Source: Eledone cirrhosa
Lineage: Eukaryota
Direction of reading: 5' to 3'
Length of the DNA stretch: 64,000 bases
Assembly: GCA_964016885.1 (NCBI GenBank)
Contig: OZ024741.1
Location: 173,538,001-173,602,000 of the forward strand
Part shown: piece by piece, positions 37,817 through 51,249 of the stretch
Layout of the letters: every line of letters starts with the position of its first letter
How positions within the stretch are numbered: position 1 is the first letter of the stretch
Made by a program: the position numbers and the translations under genes
Notes under the pieces: generated by a model
Database searches by the model: none
Seen by the model: only the letters and a program-made list of their open reading frames with translations
Told to the model about the DNA's origin: nothing

Positions 37817-38605
37817 TATTGGTGCTCTGAAATAACTATGTATACATGAATGTATGTATAGTATATATTTGGCAATATATTGTATGTTTAATTTAAAACA
37901 TTTTGAAGACCATTCGCTATGAGTTTTAAAGTAGTGACTATGTCACTTACTTATTTTCGGCAAAAGCAAAGGGAGAGTGATCGACCGTAAGTAAGTGACA
38001 TAGTCACTACTTTAAAACTCATAGCGAATGGTCTTCAAAATTTTTTTTATTAAACATACAGTATATTGCCAAATATACTATACATACATTCATGTATACA
38101 TCGCTATTTCAGAGCACCAATACTAATACCCAATTTTTGCTTGACCCGCAATCGCTCTGTTTAATCAGCTCTTAAATATTTGTTTCTACTTTAGGCACAA
38201 GGCCAGCAATTACCCAGTTCATTACTGGTACTTTATTTTATCGACCCCGTAAGGATAAAAGGCAAAGTCAACCTCGGCGGGATTTGAACTCAGATCTTAA
38301 ATAGATGTAACTATGCGGGAAAGCATGGCGTCCGACCCTCTACCGATACTGCCAATCCAATGCCTTAAATATTACTGGAATTCTATAAGAATCCAGCTTC
38401 TATAATTTTCGGTGAAGGCAGGGTAGTGTGTGGTCTTGATAAATGCCAACAAGCGAGAAACAGATTGTCGATGACTCTCCCTTTGTTTTTGCCGAAAATA
38501 AGTAAGTGACATAATCATTACTTGAAAACTCATAGCAAATAGTCTTCAAAATGTTTTTAATTAAGCATACAGTATATTGCCAAATATACTATACATACTT
38601 TCATA
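37811..38605. mobile_element. Penelope-like foldback remnant, interrupted by a SINE
   Basis: Arms 37811-37952 and 37989-38128 are near-perfect inverted copies, with a third copy at 38470-38605; the minus strand near 38400 reads HRKIIEAGF (GIY-YIG C-terminus-like). Confidence 0.7.
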
Positions 38606-39175
38606 TATATATATCATCATCATCATCATCATCAGGTTTAGCGTCCGTGTTCCACGCTTGCATGGGTTTGGACGGGGGTTTTCCCACTTGAGGCAAGAGT
38701 GGTTGTCTTGCTCGCATAGGACTGTCTGGCGGGTTTTCTACAGTTGGATGCCCTTCCTAACACCAACCACATTTACAGTGTGGGGCTGGGAGGTTTTTAC
38801 CGTGTTGCCTACACGGCCACATTACAGCGTGGACTGTCTGGCGGGTTTTCTACAGCTGGATGCCCTTCCTAACACCAACCACATTTACAGTGTGGGACTG
38901 GGAGGTTTTTACCGTGTTGCCTACACGGCCACATTTACAGCGTGGACTGTGTGTTTTTTGTCGTGACACCTACACGATCTCATTTGTTTCGGCCTGGATG
39001 TTGTGGGACCAACATAACTTTACATTGAAAGGGGCGGTGTGGGTGGGGTGGAGGTGGTGGGACGGGGGTGTGTTTTGATAGAGGTGCCTACTGACTGTAG
39101 TAGGTTTTTACTTTGTATTTAGGTAAGGCGGGTCTTCTCTATTACTGAGTACCGCCAAAGGTCTCGGTCCAGTGA

Positions 39176-39990
<815 letters not shown>

Positions 39991-40089
39991 GTGTAGCACA
40001 CCAGTATTACTTATTTAACAGATCAAAGAGAAACAAAACATCATGAGAATACCGGTGCTTTATTCAATCACTGCTTAAGGTCCTTTAAC

Positions 40090-40815
40090 TAGGTGATCAA
40101 ATTAGTCAGGGAGGGGGATGTTCCAAGGCCATAGTTTCTAGAATAAGGACAGGATGGAAGAAGTTTAGGGAGCTGCTTCCTCTGTTGACAATGAAGGGTT
40201 TCTCCCTATGAACGAAAGGTTGGTTGTATGATGCCTGTGTGAGATGCGCGATGCTGCACAGTAGTGAGACATGGGCAACAACTGTGGAGGATATGCAAAA
40301 GAACTGTGAGAAATGAAGCAAGCATTCTCTGATGTATGGGCAATGTCAATATGTGTCAACGACCAAGCATGGACGAGTTGAGAGTGAAACTGTGTATAAG
40401 AGGAATAGACTGTAGTGTGTAGGAGAGAAGATTGCATTGGTATGGGCATGTCATGTGCATGGATGATGACCACTGGTTGTAGAAGTGTCAAGAAATCCCA
40501 GTGGAAGGAAGACACAGTAGAGAAAAACCACGAAAAACATAGGTGGAGGTGGTGAGAGCTGATCTCAGATAGCTGAAGCTCACAGAGGAGATGACGAAGG
40601 ACCATGATAAATGGAGAGATGCTGTGCTGAAGAGGACCCATCTCACCCTTGCAAGCAGGGAAAAGTAGACATAAAATGATGATGATATATATATATACAT
40701 AAATATATATACATATACGGAGGAGATGACGAAGGAGCGTGACAAGTGGAGAGATGCTGAATAGGACCCGTCCAACTATTGCAAGCAGAGAAAAGCGGAC
40801 GTAAAATGATGATGA
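40090..40815 (+). mobile_element. RTE LINE family B, 3' fragment with duplicated 3' end
   Basis: Same sequence family as 57470-58080; tail cccttgcaagcagggaaaagtagacataaaatgatgatgat present twice. Confidence 0.85.
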
Positions 40816-41669
40816 TATGTGCGTGTGTATATATACTGAAACCCCAAGCTTTCCGACATTTATCTTGAGGTTCAGTTAATTAAGAAACATATAACTTCTA
40901 TTGGTTTTAAGAGTAAAATTCATTGAAAACAACTGTAAAGGAAACTCGTTTCATCTGACCTCTGAAATCTCTTGAAAATGACTCATATTTTTAAGGAAAC
41001 AGAGTGGGGGTGGGGTAACCCTTTGAGTTTTCTTTACAGTTGTGTCAATTGCATGTGAGTTGGAGGTCAGATTAGTTGAAAACACAAATCAACCTAGGGG
41101 AAAACTAATTTCTCACAGAAACCCAGTGGGTGCTTTTCTATAAATTTACAAAATTAAATAAATAAATAAAATAAATAAATAAATGGCAAAGAAAGTTTTC
41201 AAAGAAAAAATTTCATTTTCTTTTGGTTTCATTCACTTACATTTTATTATCTCCCAATTTATACATTGTAAATTTAGTCTCAATTAACAAATGCCCCAAT
41301 ATCAAAAATGTATTGTTGATATTGAAGTTATATTTCTCTTTCATCTCTTTACGAAGCATGAATATTATACAAGACAACATAAAACAAGAAGTATGTTAAC
41401 CCTTTAGCATTTAAGCCAGCCATATCCGGCCAGAATACTCTCACCTCTTTCTGTCTAAACTGGCTGTAACCGACCGCTCATATTAAGGTATTGTTCTCAA
41501 AATAAATAATATCAAAATCTCATAGATTCGATATTATGTGAGCCTTTACCACGAAAATATAATATTATATATAGAGTTATGTAAATGCTAAAGGGTTAAA
41601 CAAACGAATACATTGAGAAATGTTTTAACTGGACTTGTAACCAAAGCCATCAATGTCTTGACCTCCCTT

Positions 41670-42900
41670 ACTCAGTGCACTACATATTACTGACCAAGCT
41701 ATCGAGTTTATCATTCAATCCAAGTTGGCTAACCTTGAGCAAATACTGAAAAAACTTGAGGCAATTGAGCCCCTCAAGGCTTTTTTATACTTAGGAATTA
41801 CTTGTCAATTTCTAAGTTATTGTATTTTCTCAGAGTTAGTCCCTCTTATAGATTCTCATTGTCTCTCCAGCACTTTGACGATGTAATCTTCAGTAAACTC
41901 AAATGCTTGGTCAATTTCAGACTCTCTCCAGTATCCAGTGGTAAGGCTGCTTTGCCCAAATGGTTTGGGTGTGTAGGTCTGTGTAAATGTTTATTTCTTT
42001 CTCTTCCCTCCATCCACCTCCCCGTTAGTGGGTAATATTCTTTCCAAAATGGACTAGTTCCAAATGGGAGATGGATGAAGCTCTGCTACAGTGGAGGGAG
42101 CTAGGTTTGATATTTCCTGATACAGATGAGAATAGACTGAATAAGAGAGTAGGGGATAATCTGCGTTTGAGAGATAGCTTCAACTCTCTCTTCGAGCCAT
42201 CTGATCAATTTTCAAGGTGTCACCTACTTTCCACAAGTACAAAATTCTCAGGAGACTAGGCCTGTGGCCTTCACATCTCCATAGTCTGATGTCTGTAGGG
42301 GACTGAAATGTTGCTGTGGTAGGCCTTTTGATTCTACAGGCCTTCATGGTTTGTCATGCTACCTGATTGTTGGTCAATTTACTCACCATACCAAGCTAAA
42401 CCTGATCATTAAGCGGGCTCTAGCTTGGATAAATAGCCCCTTGGTTCTGGAGCTGGCTGGATAGTCCAAATTTGACAGGAAGAGACCAGATGTTCTTATC
42501 CTTTGTCTCTTGGTAAAAGGTAGATGTCTCATGTGTGACGCCACAGTCAGTGACTCTTTTGATCCCTCCCACATCCTGGGTGCTGCAGTAGATGTGTTTG
42601 TGTGTTGAGTCACTGCTTCCATAGGGAAATAAAATTCTAAAGTACTGGAACTTATTGGTAAATTATTTCTTCCAGCCTGTGGCATTCAAGACGTTTTGGG
42701 GAGCTAGGTCACTGACAGTGAAGTTCTTATTGTTAGCAGCTCACTTTACCGAAGTGTTAGCTCCTTAGCTTCACCATCATCCGCAGTAATGCTGTGAGCA
42801 TGTTGGCTTGCCTCAAAAAGTATAAGAGGGAGGTTCCGATGCCACTTGTAGTGAGTGATCAACTGAAGCACTTAGTGCTGAATAGATGTTTTTTTTATTG
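41670..42900 (+). mobile_element. Second, more decayed CRE-clade copy (3' half)
   Basis: Collinear with 30840-32070 (ISKLLYFLR, VNFRLSP, EALLQWRELG, SDQFSRCHLLS, MLACLK). Confidence 0.85.
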
Positions 42901-44504
42901 CTTTAATTGTATATTTTTGTGTATTATACTTATAAAGTTCCATGAATTCCATCACGATTATAATATATTTAGAAATATGATAGTTAAAATTGTTTGTAAT
43001 TAAAAATTAAAACTTTCTATTGTAATTTTATATAAAACCATTTTTGTTAAATTATGTCCCACACTGTAAATGTGGTTGGTGTTAGGAAGAGCATCCAGCC
43101 GTAGAAAACCTGCCAGATACAGTTCTATAAGAGCATGACACGATTACTCAACCAATTTTGCCTCAAGTGGAACAATCTTGTCTAACCCATGCTAGCATGG
43201 AAGATGGATGTTAAACGATGACGATGATGATGATGACATCTCCTTAATAATAAAAAAAAATATTTATTTATGACTTGCCTGTCATTAATAAATAGATTTA
43301 TTCTCTTGTCTAATAGCTATTGAGACTTCCTGAATCCTTGGTCTCTGGAATGTCACTCTCTTCTGATAAATGGAGATGAGGGAGTCACGACTAAAGAAGG
43401 AACTCCACTAGGAGAAATGGTTGATGGTGGATACAGACAAAAAACACTCACACAGTAAATATAAAACAATAAAAGATAAAACAAATTCTATTAATAATTT
43501 TTTAAAGCTAATATTATGAAATGTAATTTACTTGGTAAAGAATAAACTAAAACTATATAAACATCAACATTTACTTCAGGGAAAAAAAAACATAAAATCT
43601 GTTTGCAGTTTTTATTAATTCCTTACAAAACCACTTTTTTAGTTTTTTAACTGTACAATTTCACTAATGATTTCTTTTATTTTAATAACGATTTTTTTAA
43701 CGTAAGCCACAACAGAATAAGATTCTAAAATACCAGAAATTATCGGCAAACTATTTTTTCGAGCCTGTGGTGTTCGAGATGTTTGTGGGGGAACTGAGCC
43801 ACTAACAACAAAGTTCTTGTCATCATTGGTGAATTAGGTAATATCTGCAAGGGTGATAGGTTATTTCAGTGCATTAGCCTCACTATAACCTGCTGCAATG
43901 CTCTGAGTGTGTTGTGTTGTGATCTGATTGCATGTACAGGTCTTCTGTCCTCCCCCTTTCACTTCTTTTATTATTGATTGAAAGTATTAATGAATGGAAC
44001 TATACAATAATGAAAGTATTAACAAAATTGAATTGTAAAAAAAACAATTATCAGCATGATCGTAATCTACATAATGGAAAACATCAAAATTTCATTAAAA
44101 AGAATTCAAAACAATACACTTGGGATTAAAATGTTGAATTAAATTTGAATGAAAAAATTGAAACGAGTTATCTTGCTTCCGGCTGTTTTTAAATTGTTTT
44201 TATTGCCCTAGCCTAGGCTGATGCATTGGATACCTCTGGCTGTTCTTCATGGTAACATATTTAAACAATCATTTCCGCAGGACATATCTAAGATATACTG
44301 TTCAACTTATGAGACACTTTATAACAAATAAATATATTTTGGCATATTATGTACTTCAATATGAAAATTTATTCAAAACATGTATTTAAACATCTTAACA
44401 TAACTTAAAGTAGAAATATTGATAATTAAAGATACAGTAAAAATAAATTCTATTTCCTTCTTTAATCAATAAAGTTATCAATGAGAAACACGTGGTTGGT
44501 GTTT

Positions 44505-45520
44505 TTTGGGAGGCAATATTTTCATTTTTAGCTTAGTCTATTAAATTATGTTTTTATATTCTGATTTCAAATCTTTCTGAGGTCAACTTTGCCTTTCATC
44601 CTTCCTGCATCAATAAAATAAAGTACTTATTAAGTACTTGAGTTGATATAATTGACTTTCTCCTTCCCTCAAATAGCCTGCATTGTGCCAATGTTAGAAA
44701 ATGTGACTATAATTGTGCAATAAAACTGTAGTGGGTTAGCAGAACCATTAGAACACTTAGCAAAATGCTTTGTGACATTTAGTTGCAGTCTTTTACATTC
44801 TGATTTCAAATCCTGTCGAGGTCATCTTTGCCTTTCATCTATCTTAGGTCAATAAAATACAGTACCAATCAAGTACTAGGGTCAATACAATCAACTTTCC
44901 CTGACACCTAATCCCAAATTGCTGGCTTTGTACTAAAATTAGAGAAATCATTATCATTATTATAGAGTGGGGGATTGTCAGAATCGATAGAGCTTCAGTC
45001 AAAATGTTTTGTGGCATTTTTTCTGAGTCCTTACATTTTTAGTTCAAACCCTACTGATGTCAATTTTGCCTTTCTTCCTTCTAGAAGTCTATAAAATAAG
45101 TACCAATCAAGTACTAGAGGTGATTTAATCAATTTACCTCAAATTACTGGCTTTGTGGCATTCAGTTATGTCACATTAGATTTTGAGTTCAAATCTTGCA
45201 GAGATCGCCATTGTCTTTCATCCTTCTGGGATCAATAAAATAAAATACCAGTAACACACTGGGGTCAATGTAATTGACTTTCCTCTTCCTCTCAAATTGC
45301 TGGCCTTGTGCTTGTATCAGAAAGCATTACTGAGGACAGTGGATTGGCAGTAGCAGTAGAGCGTCTGTCAAACAATGTTTTGCAGCATATAGTTATGTCC
45401 CTTTACGTTTTGATTTCAAATCCCGCCAAGGTTAGTTTTGCCTTTTATCCTTAAGGAGTTGATAAAATAAAGTACCAGTAATTTACTGGGATTGTTGGCC
45501 TTGTGTCTAAATCAGAAATC
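44505..45520 (+). mobile_element. Head-to-tail cluster of about five SINE copies
   Basis: Repeated ttcaaatc...tttgcctttcatc...aataaaataaagtacc...ggccttgtg units in one orientation. Confidence 0.8.
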
Positions 45521-45794
45521 ATAATTACTATTATCATTATTGTGCAATAAAAATAATCTATGACAAGATTTATTTGCATAATTTGTGTCCTTCTACTGTT
45601 TGTTTACATCTTAATGCCTGCTGCCAAGAATCTGACGAAGAAGACTAAAAGATTTGAAGAAATAATAATAAAGAATTGAGACTACATTAAAATAAAGAAA
45701 AAGGAAAAATAAAATTTTTTTTCAAATAATCAAGAATTCAATGAATAAATTTGTTAACTATATTTGTATTTAAGAACTGGGCAGTTAATATTGT

Positions 45795-45955
45795 CAATGA
45801 TGATAGTGGTGGTGGCAATGGTAGTGATGATGGTGTTGCTACTGAAAATGATAGCGATGATGGTGTTGGTGGCAATGATAGTAGTGGTGGTGAACATGTC
45901 AGTGATTATGATGGAGGCAGTAATGGTGATGGTGGTAGTGGTGGTGATGGTAGTT
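45795..45955. repeat. (GAT/GGT)n degenerate trinucleotide repeat
   Basis: Seen directly. Confidence 0.85.
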
Positions 45956-47604
45956 ATATGTGTACAGTTATTCAGCTACTGGTTGACCAAAAGTATGTAT
46001 GTATAGCCTCTATTGGACTTAATTCTGAACCAGTCATTTGCATGTCTAAAACAGCAGTTTTAAACCTTCCCTGTTTTGAATACTCTGTAGACCGCCATAG
46101 ATGTTTCCAGGTGACATTTTCGAATTCCCCAAGATACTGTTTTGCCATCTCTTCAGTGGTTTGCTTATTTTACTCAGGCCTTAGAAATCTTCCTTGAATA
46201 CTCAGCAGACTATAGATAATTTCCAGTTATCAAACAACATGGCGAAACCATAGATGTCAGCACTTCTAGATGACTTGTATAACTGCAATATTGGCTCCTA
46301 GCCTGTCACTTACTACATCATTTGTTTTTTCTGTTACTCTGAATTAGTCTTGCTGCAGAAATCAGGCATTGCATCTCAGAAGTATACAGTGTAGTCTATT
46401 TACATCTTTTGAGACATAGAGAAATCTGTTTTGAACACCATTTGTCACTAAGTTGGCACTATCTAATTAGAGAAAATTTATGGTTGATTTAATATGGACC
46501 TAATGCATATGGATGATGAATGTTGGGTGAAGTAGTGCCAAGAAATCCCAGTGGAAGTAAGCTGTAGTAGAGAAAGACCAAGGGAGACATGGGCAGAAGT
46601 GATGAAACACACACCATGATCTTCATACCTTCACAGTCTTGTACAAACATGCACATTCTAACTCCTTGATGGTTATCTGCCCTCCTGTGAATCTTTAAAT
46701 ACAGGAGTCTCATTCTCATATGCAATCTTCCAAAATAGTTAACTAACTACACGTTTTTCCTCCTGAAAAAAAAGTTTTCCCATTTTCTTTCTTTCTTACT
46801 CTTGTCTATTTTTATATTTCTTCTCTCCCTCATCCTATCTTCTAATGCAGGACTAACGTCCAAAACATTAAGACTGTTTTTTGTGCTATATCAAGCATTT
46901 TGGCAGTATCGGTAGAGAGTCGGACACCATGCTTTGAAGCATAGTTACGCCCCTTTATGATCTGAGTTCAAATCCCGCCGAGGTTAACTTTGCCTTTCAT
47001 CCTTACGGGGTCGATAAAATAAAGTACCAGTAATGTACTGGGTAATTGCTGTGTATTATACTAATACACATCATCATTGTACTATATTATTTTCCTGTGT
47101 TGTTTTCTTTGTTGACTTTTCTCATCACATACTGTAGCGTAACTCATAATGCTATTGTTTTTCAGCCTCAGGTCAGCCCTGATTGAGCCAGAATAAATAC
47201 TACCTAGGGATTGAATGGTGTAAACAAAAACCCAGACATGTCTGAACATTACGATACTTTCAGTATTGCATTAACCCTTTAGTATTCATATTATTCTCTA
47301 TATACTATTGAATTTTCACAGTAAACACTATTTCACATAATTATCTCACATAATATTGAATCTATGAGATTTTGATATTATTTATTTTGAGAACAATACC
47401 TTAACATAAGTATAAGAAGCTGGTTATGGCCAGTTAGAATAGAAAGAAGTGAGAGAATTCTAGCCGGATATGGCCGGTTTAAATGCTAAAGAGTTAAATA
47501 AATGAACAGAAATTGAAATATTTTAAGAGAACATTTTTTATCTTTCAAAATAAATTATAGTCATGGCTTCAACATGGCATGCTTGAAAGAAAAGTTGCTT
47601 CATA

Positions 47605-47635
<31 letters not shown>

Positions 47636-48539
47636 TACTCAGCTGCAGAAATGAGTTGCGATGTCACTGGTGCCAAGCTGTGTCGGCCATAGCCTTTCCC
47701 TTGGACATCATCGGTGACATGTAGAGGGGGAGGCTGGTATGCATGGGCGACTACTGGTCTTCCACAAACAACCTTGCCTGGACTTGTGTCTCGGAGTGAA
47801 ACTTTCTAGGTGCAAATACCATGGTCATTCGTGACCAAAGAGGGTCTTCTCTTCTCATATATATTGATTTCTAGTATAGGCACAAGGCCAGTAATTTTTT
47901 GGGGGGGGAGGGGGGGGGGGGAGAGGAAAGTCGATTAAATCAACCCCAGTACGTTACTGGTGCTTTATTTTATCGACTCTGTAAGGATGAAAGATAAAGT
48001 GAACCGCGGCAGGATTTGAACTCAGATGATAAAGGGCCGTAACTCTATGCTGCAAACCATGGCATTCAACCCTCTACCAATACTGCCAATCCACTGCCCT
48101 AAAAAGGCTCCAGAAGGATTCGAACACTCGTCCTCCAGTTTACTAGACTGTTCGAATCCCTCTGGAGCCTTCTCATATATATTACAATAGACATCATACC
48201 ACCCGGCCTGTTTTCCCCTATTCTCCCTTCTTGCCTTTTCTACGTCTCCTTGTCCTTCTTTGTATGTTGGACAACAGTCCTTATTTTCTTCTATTTTGCT
48301 ATTACTCTCCATCCTATATTTTTATCCTTTGGTTAAGCCATTGCGAACTCTGTATTTGTGTAATTTACCTACTGTCTGCTTGTTTGTTGTGTCCCAATGT
48401 GTACTGGAAAGAACAGTATTGACCTTAATTTACCAAAACTGTAATGATTTCCAGTGGTTAACAGAGGAGATGGCACTGTCCGTCTTTCCGTTTATTTTCC
48501 ATTGCCTTTGTCCTATGTGCACCCTATTTTGAATATATG

Positions 48540-48974
48540 TACTTGAATATATGTACTTCGTTTTTGAATTTGTTTTGCAAGATTTCTTATGTTAAAACGT
48601 GTGTTGAAACAGATATTGTTATACTTTGGGAGGGTCATGCTGCCAATAAAAACACACACACCTGTTGGTTTTCACTTCAATTTATTATAAATTTCCGGTT
48701 AGCTGGTTGGATTGATAACCGGATAGTTGTTTATATATTGTCAAAGCTCTTTCCTCACACATTCTGTGACCTCCTCAGTGACTGTGTTTTTATTTTGTGT
48801 CTCTCGTTTGTTCTGCCCTACATCATCTTGACACAAAAACAAGATGGTGTAGGACAGAACAAAGGAGAGACACAAAATAAAAACCCAGTCACTGAGGAGG
48901 TCACAGAATGTGTGATGAAAGAGCTTTGACAATATATAAACAACCATCCGGTTATCAAACAAACCAACAGGAAA
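48540..48974. repeat. Foldback (Penelope-like) element whose right arm is split by the Helitron
   Basis: Palindrome centred near 48833; the right arm resumes at 56676-56752; a related family member lies at 1100-1256. Confidence 0.8.
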
Positions 48975-49869
48975 TCTACTTATATATATAACCAGCAATT
49001 TTTCTGTCTGTCTGTCCGACAGTGGAAACACGTGTGTAGAGAGTGAGAGTGAAAGAAAGAGACAGACTACGAGAGGGGGATAGCGAGAGGGAGAGAGAGA
49101 GAGTGAATAGACGCTAAAACACGTGCTACAGAAATATTACCTTCCCCTCACCACTGACTTTGGTCACTGAGGCCGAGGGAATCGCTGGTTGCTATAGAGA
49201 CACCTTGCACAAGCCAGAAGTAACCAGTTCGAGGCGGTTCTGACTTGACACCATTTGAAGAAGGTTGCCATTGAATTTGTGGTTGTTGCTGCTGATAATA
49301 AGGACCATTTGAAGAAGGTTGCTGCTGATGAGGTAATTTATTAATCAGATTGCGCAGTTCCATAACCTACGTTTGATTTGTTCAATTTTTCTCTTCAATT
49401 TTTGTTGTTTTTTTAAATTTCTTATTGAAAAAATATAAATAATAAAATAAGGTTAGAAATTTAAATGCAATTAAATACGATTTAATTTCCATTTCCAGCA
49501 GCCAATGTCCAGTGTTCAATTTCATGAAAAAATTGGAAATAATTCAAAAAATTGAAGTTTAACTTTTGAACATTTGTTTTGACAATAAAAAAATATTTCC
49601 TTATTCACGCCTAATAGTATGATTAAAATTTCATAGGAATATTTTTTTCTAACCGCCAGTTATTTATTTTCTCCTTTTTAGTTTTAACATCTATTTATTT
49701 CAAAGATTTCACCGTATAGATAACATATATATTTATACATGCATAAAAGACACACCGAGAGACGGTGAACATGTGGTGCCGAAAACATTTCTCATCCAAA
49801 TCTCAACAATATCAGTATATACACTAGATTTTCTAGCAGAAAACCGCCCACCGGGTGGTTTTCTGCTAG
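48975..49869 (+). mobile_element. Non-autonomous Helitron unit (5' part of composite)
   Basis: A|TCtacttatatatataacc...ctgtctgtctg start; ends in hairpin aaaaccgcccaccgggtggtttt followed by ctgCTAG. Confidence 0.75.
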
Positions 49870-50455
49870 TCTATATATATAAAACAGAAGATGTCTGTCT
49901 GTCTGTTTGTGTAACCGCATGCATTTCTACATTTTACAACCGATTTGCACCAAATTCCATACATAGGTTTCTGAAGTCCTATTACGCGTCGTAGGTTATT
50001 TTATTTTCCCGTACATCGATTGTGGGGGCCCGCATAGACAGGTAACCCCTTAAGCCTCTCACTTGGAGTCAGCAGTACTACTTCATAAAGGCCCCATAAT
50101 TCCTACAGTTTTCCTCCCATTTTCACCGAAATTAATCTTTTGTTTGCTTATGGCCTACAAATAAATTTGCAGGGACCTCTTGGGGGGCAGTAAACCGACT
50201 TGATGAATGTTGAAGTTGATATCATCAATACAACAAAACGTCATAACTGCTTCAGTTGGTGTTTGGTTTTCACGAAGCGAGACGTATTGCTTACCCATGG
50301 CTTATAAAGGAAGGTGAACACATGAACTTACTTGAACTTATCAAGAGGACCCAGAGGGGGGGGGGGGGAGGAAGCCCCTTCGACTTATCTATTGAAGTTC
50401 ACATTAACACTGTATTAGTACCTGATAACTTTTGAAGTTTACGTTTGAAGTTTAC

Positions 50456-50873
50456 CTTTGATCTTCGTTTTCACTTTCAAAACAACAATCATCGTCGGAT
50501 GAAATTTCAGAAATGTAAACATTTGAAGATAAATCACTAATATTATCTTTTGTTTCTTGTTCATTCTGAATGTCATCGTGTGTAATTCCTTCAAAGTTGG
50601 TATCGCTACTTTCACAAGCCATGTTGATACAAACAAAAAATCTGTTCTACTTTCAACGTTAAAAAAACACGTGTTGTTTTAAGTTGTTTCACTCTATTAA
50701 GAGTTAATTTTCGCGGTAAGGGCCTAATCTCACAGTAATCTTGAATTGACGAGATTTTGATGACGGTATTATTTATTTTTAGAACGATATTTAAGTGTGG
50801 GTGTTACGGCCGGTTTTGGGCGGTTTGAACAAATGAAGGGGAAATAATTTCGGCCGGTTTGACTACTAAAGGG
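50456..50873 (-). mobile_element. piggyBac-like 5' end with acidic N-terminal coding exon
   Basis: TTAA|CCCTTTAG end at 50873 like the MITE family; ATG at 50622 opens MACESSDTNFEGITHDDIQNEQETKDNISDLSSNVYISEISSDDDCCFESENEDQ followed by a gtaaac donor. Confidence 0.55.
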
Positions 50874-51249
50874 TTAAAGGAGGTTTAGTTAATGTGTTTA
50901 TGGTCATAAGGTTCCAGTTTATCATGCTGTGATTTTTCAGCCATTTTTTCCTGTATCCTTCTAATAGTTAGTACTTACTTATTGCTATGTTCGAACTGAA
51001 CAAACATACTGACACTTATATACCTGCCACTGTAGCCACACTATTTAATTTCCTTTATCACAGGTAGTCCATACGCTGCGTTGCCCCTAACTTAAAACCT
51101 GAAATTTGACTGGTACACAAAATCTTGCAAAACATACCCCCTTTCTCAAACCACATAGATTTATCGCATTTTTTCACAATTTATATCCGTGTTTAGATTT
51201 GCTAACTTAAACATTATTTGTCCACTATTTATCGTTCTCCCTTTCTAAA

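Noticed and set aside
45751-46197. 148-aa Gly/Asp-rich ORF
   Set aside because: Driven by a (GAT/GGT)n simple repeat followed by LINE-like remnant sequence.
49148-49150. In-frame TGA just before a splice donor read as selenocysteine
   Set aside because: It lies in degraded Helitron cargo with no redox motif or SECIS evidence.
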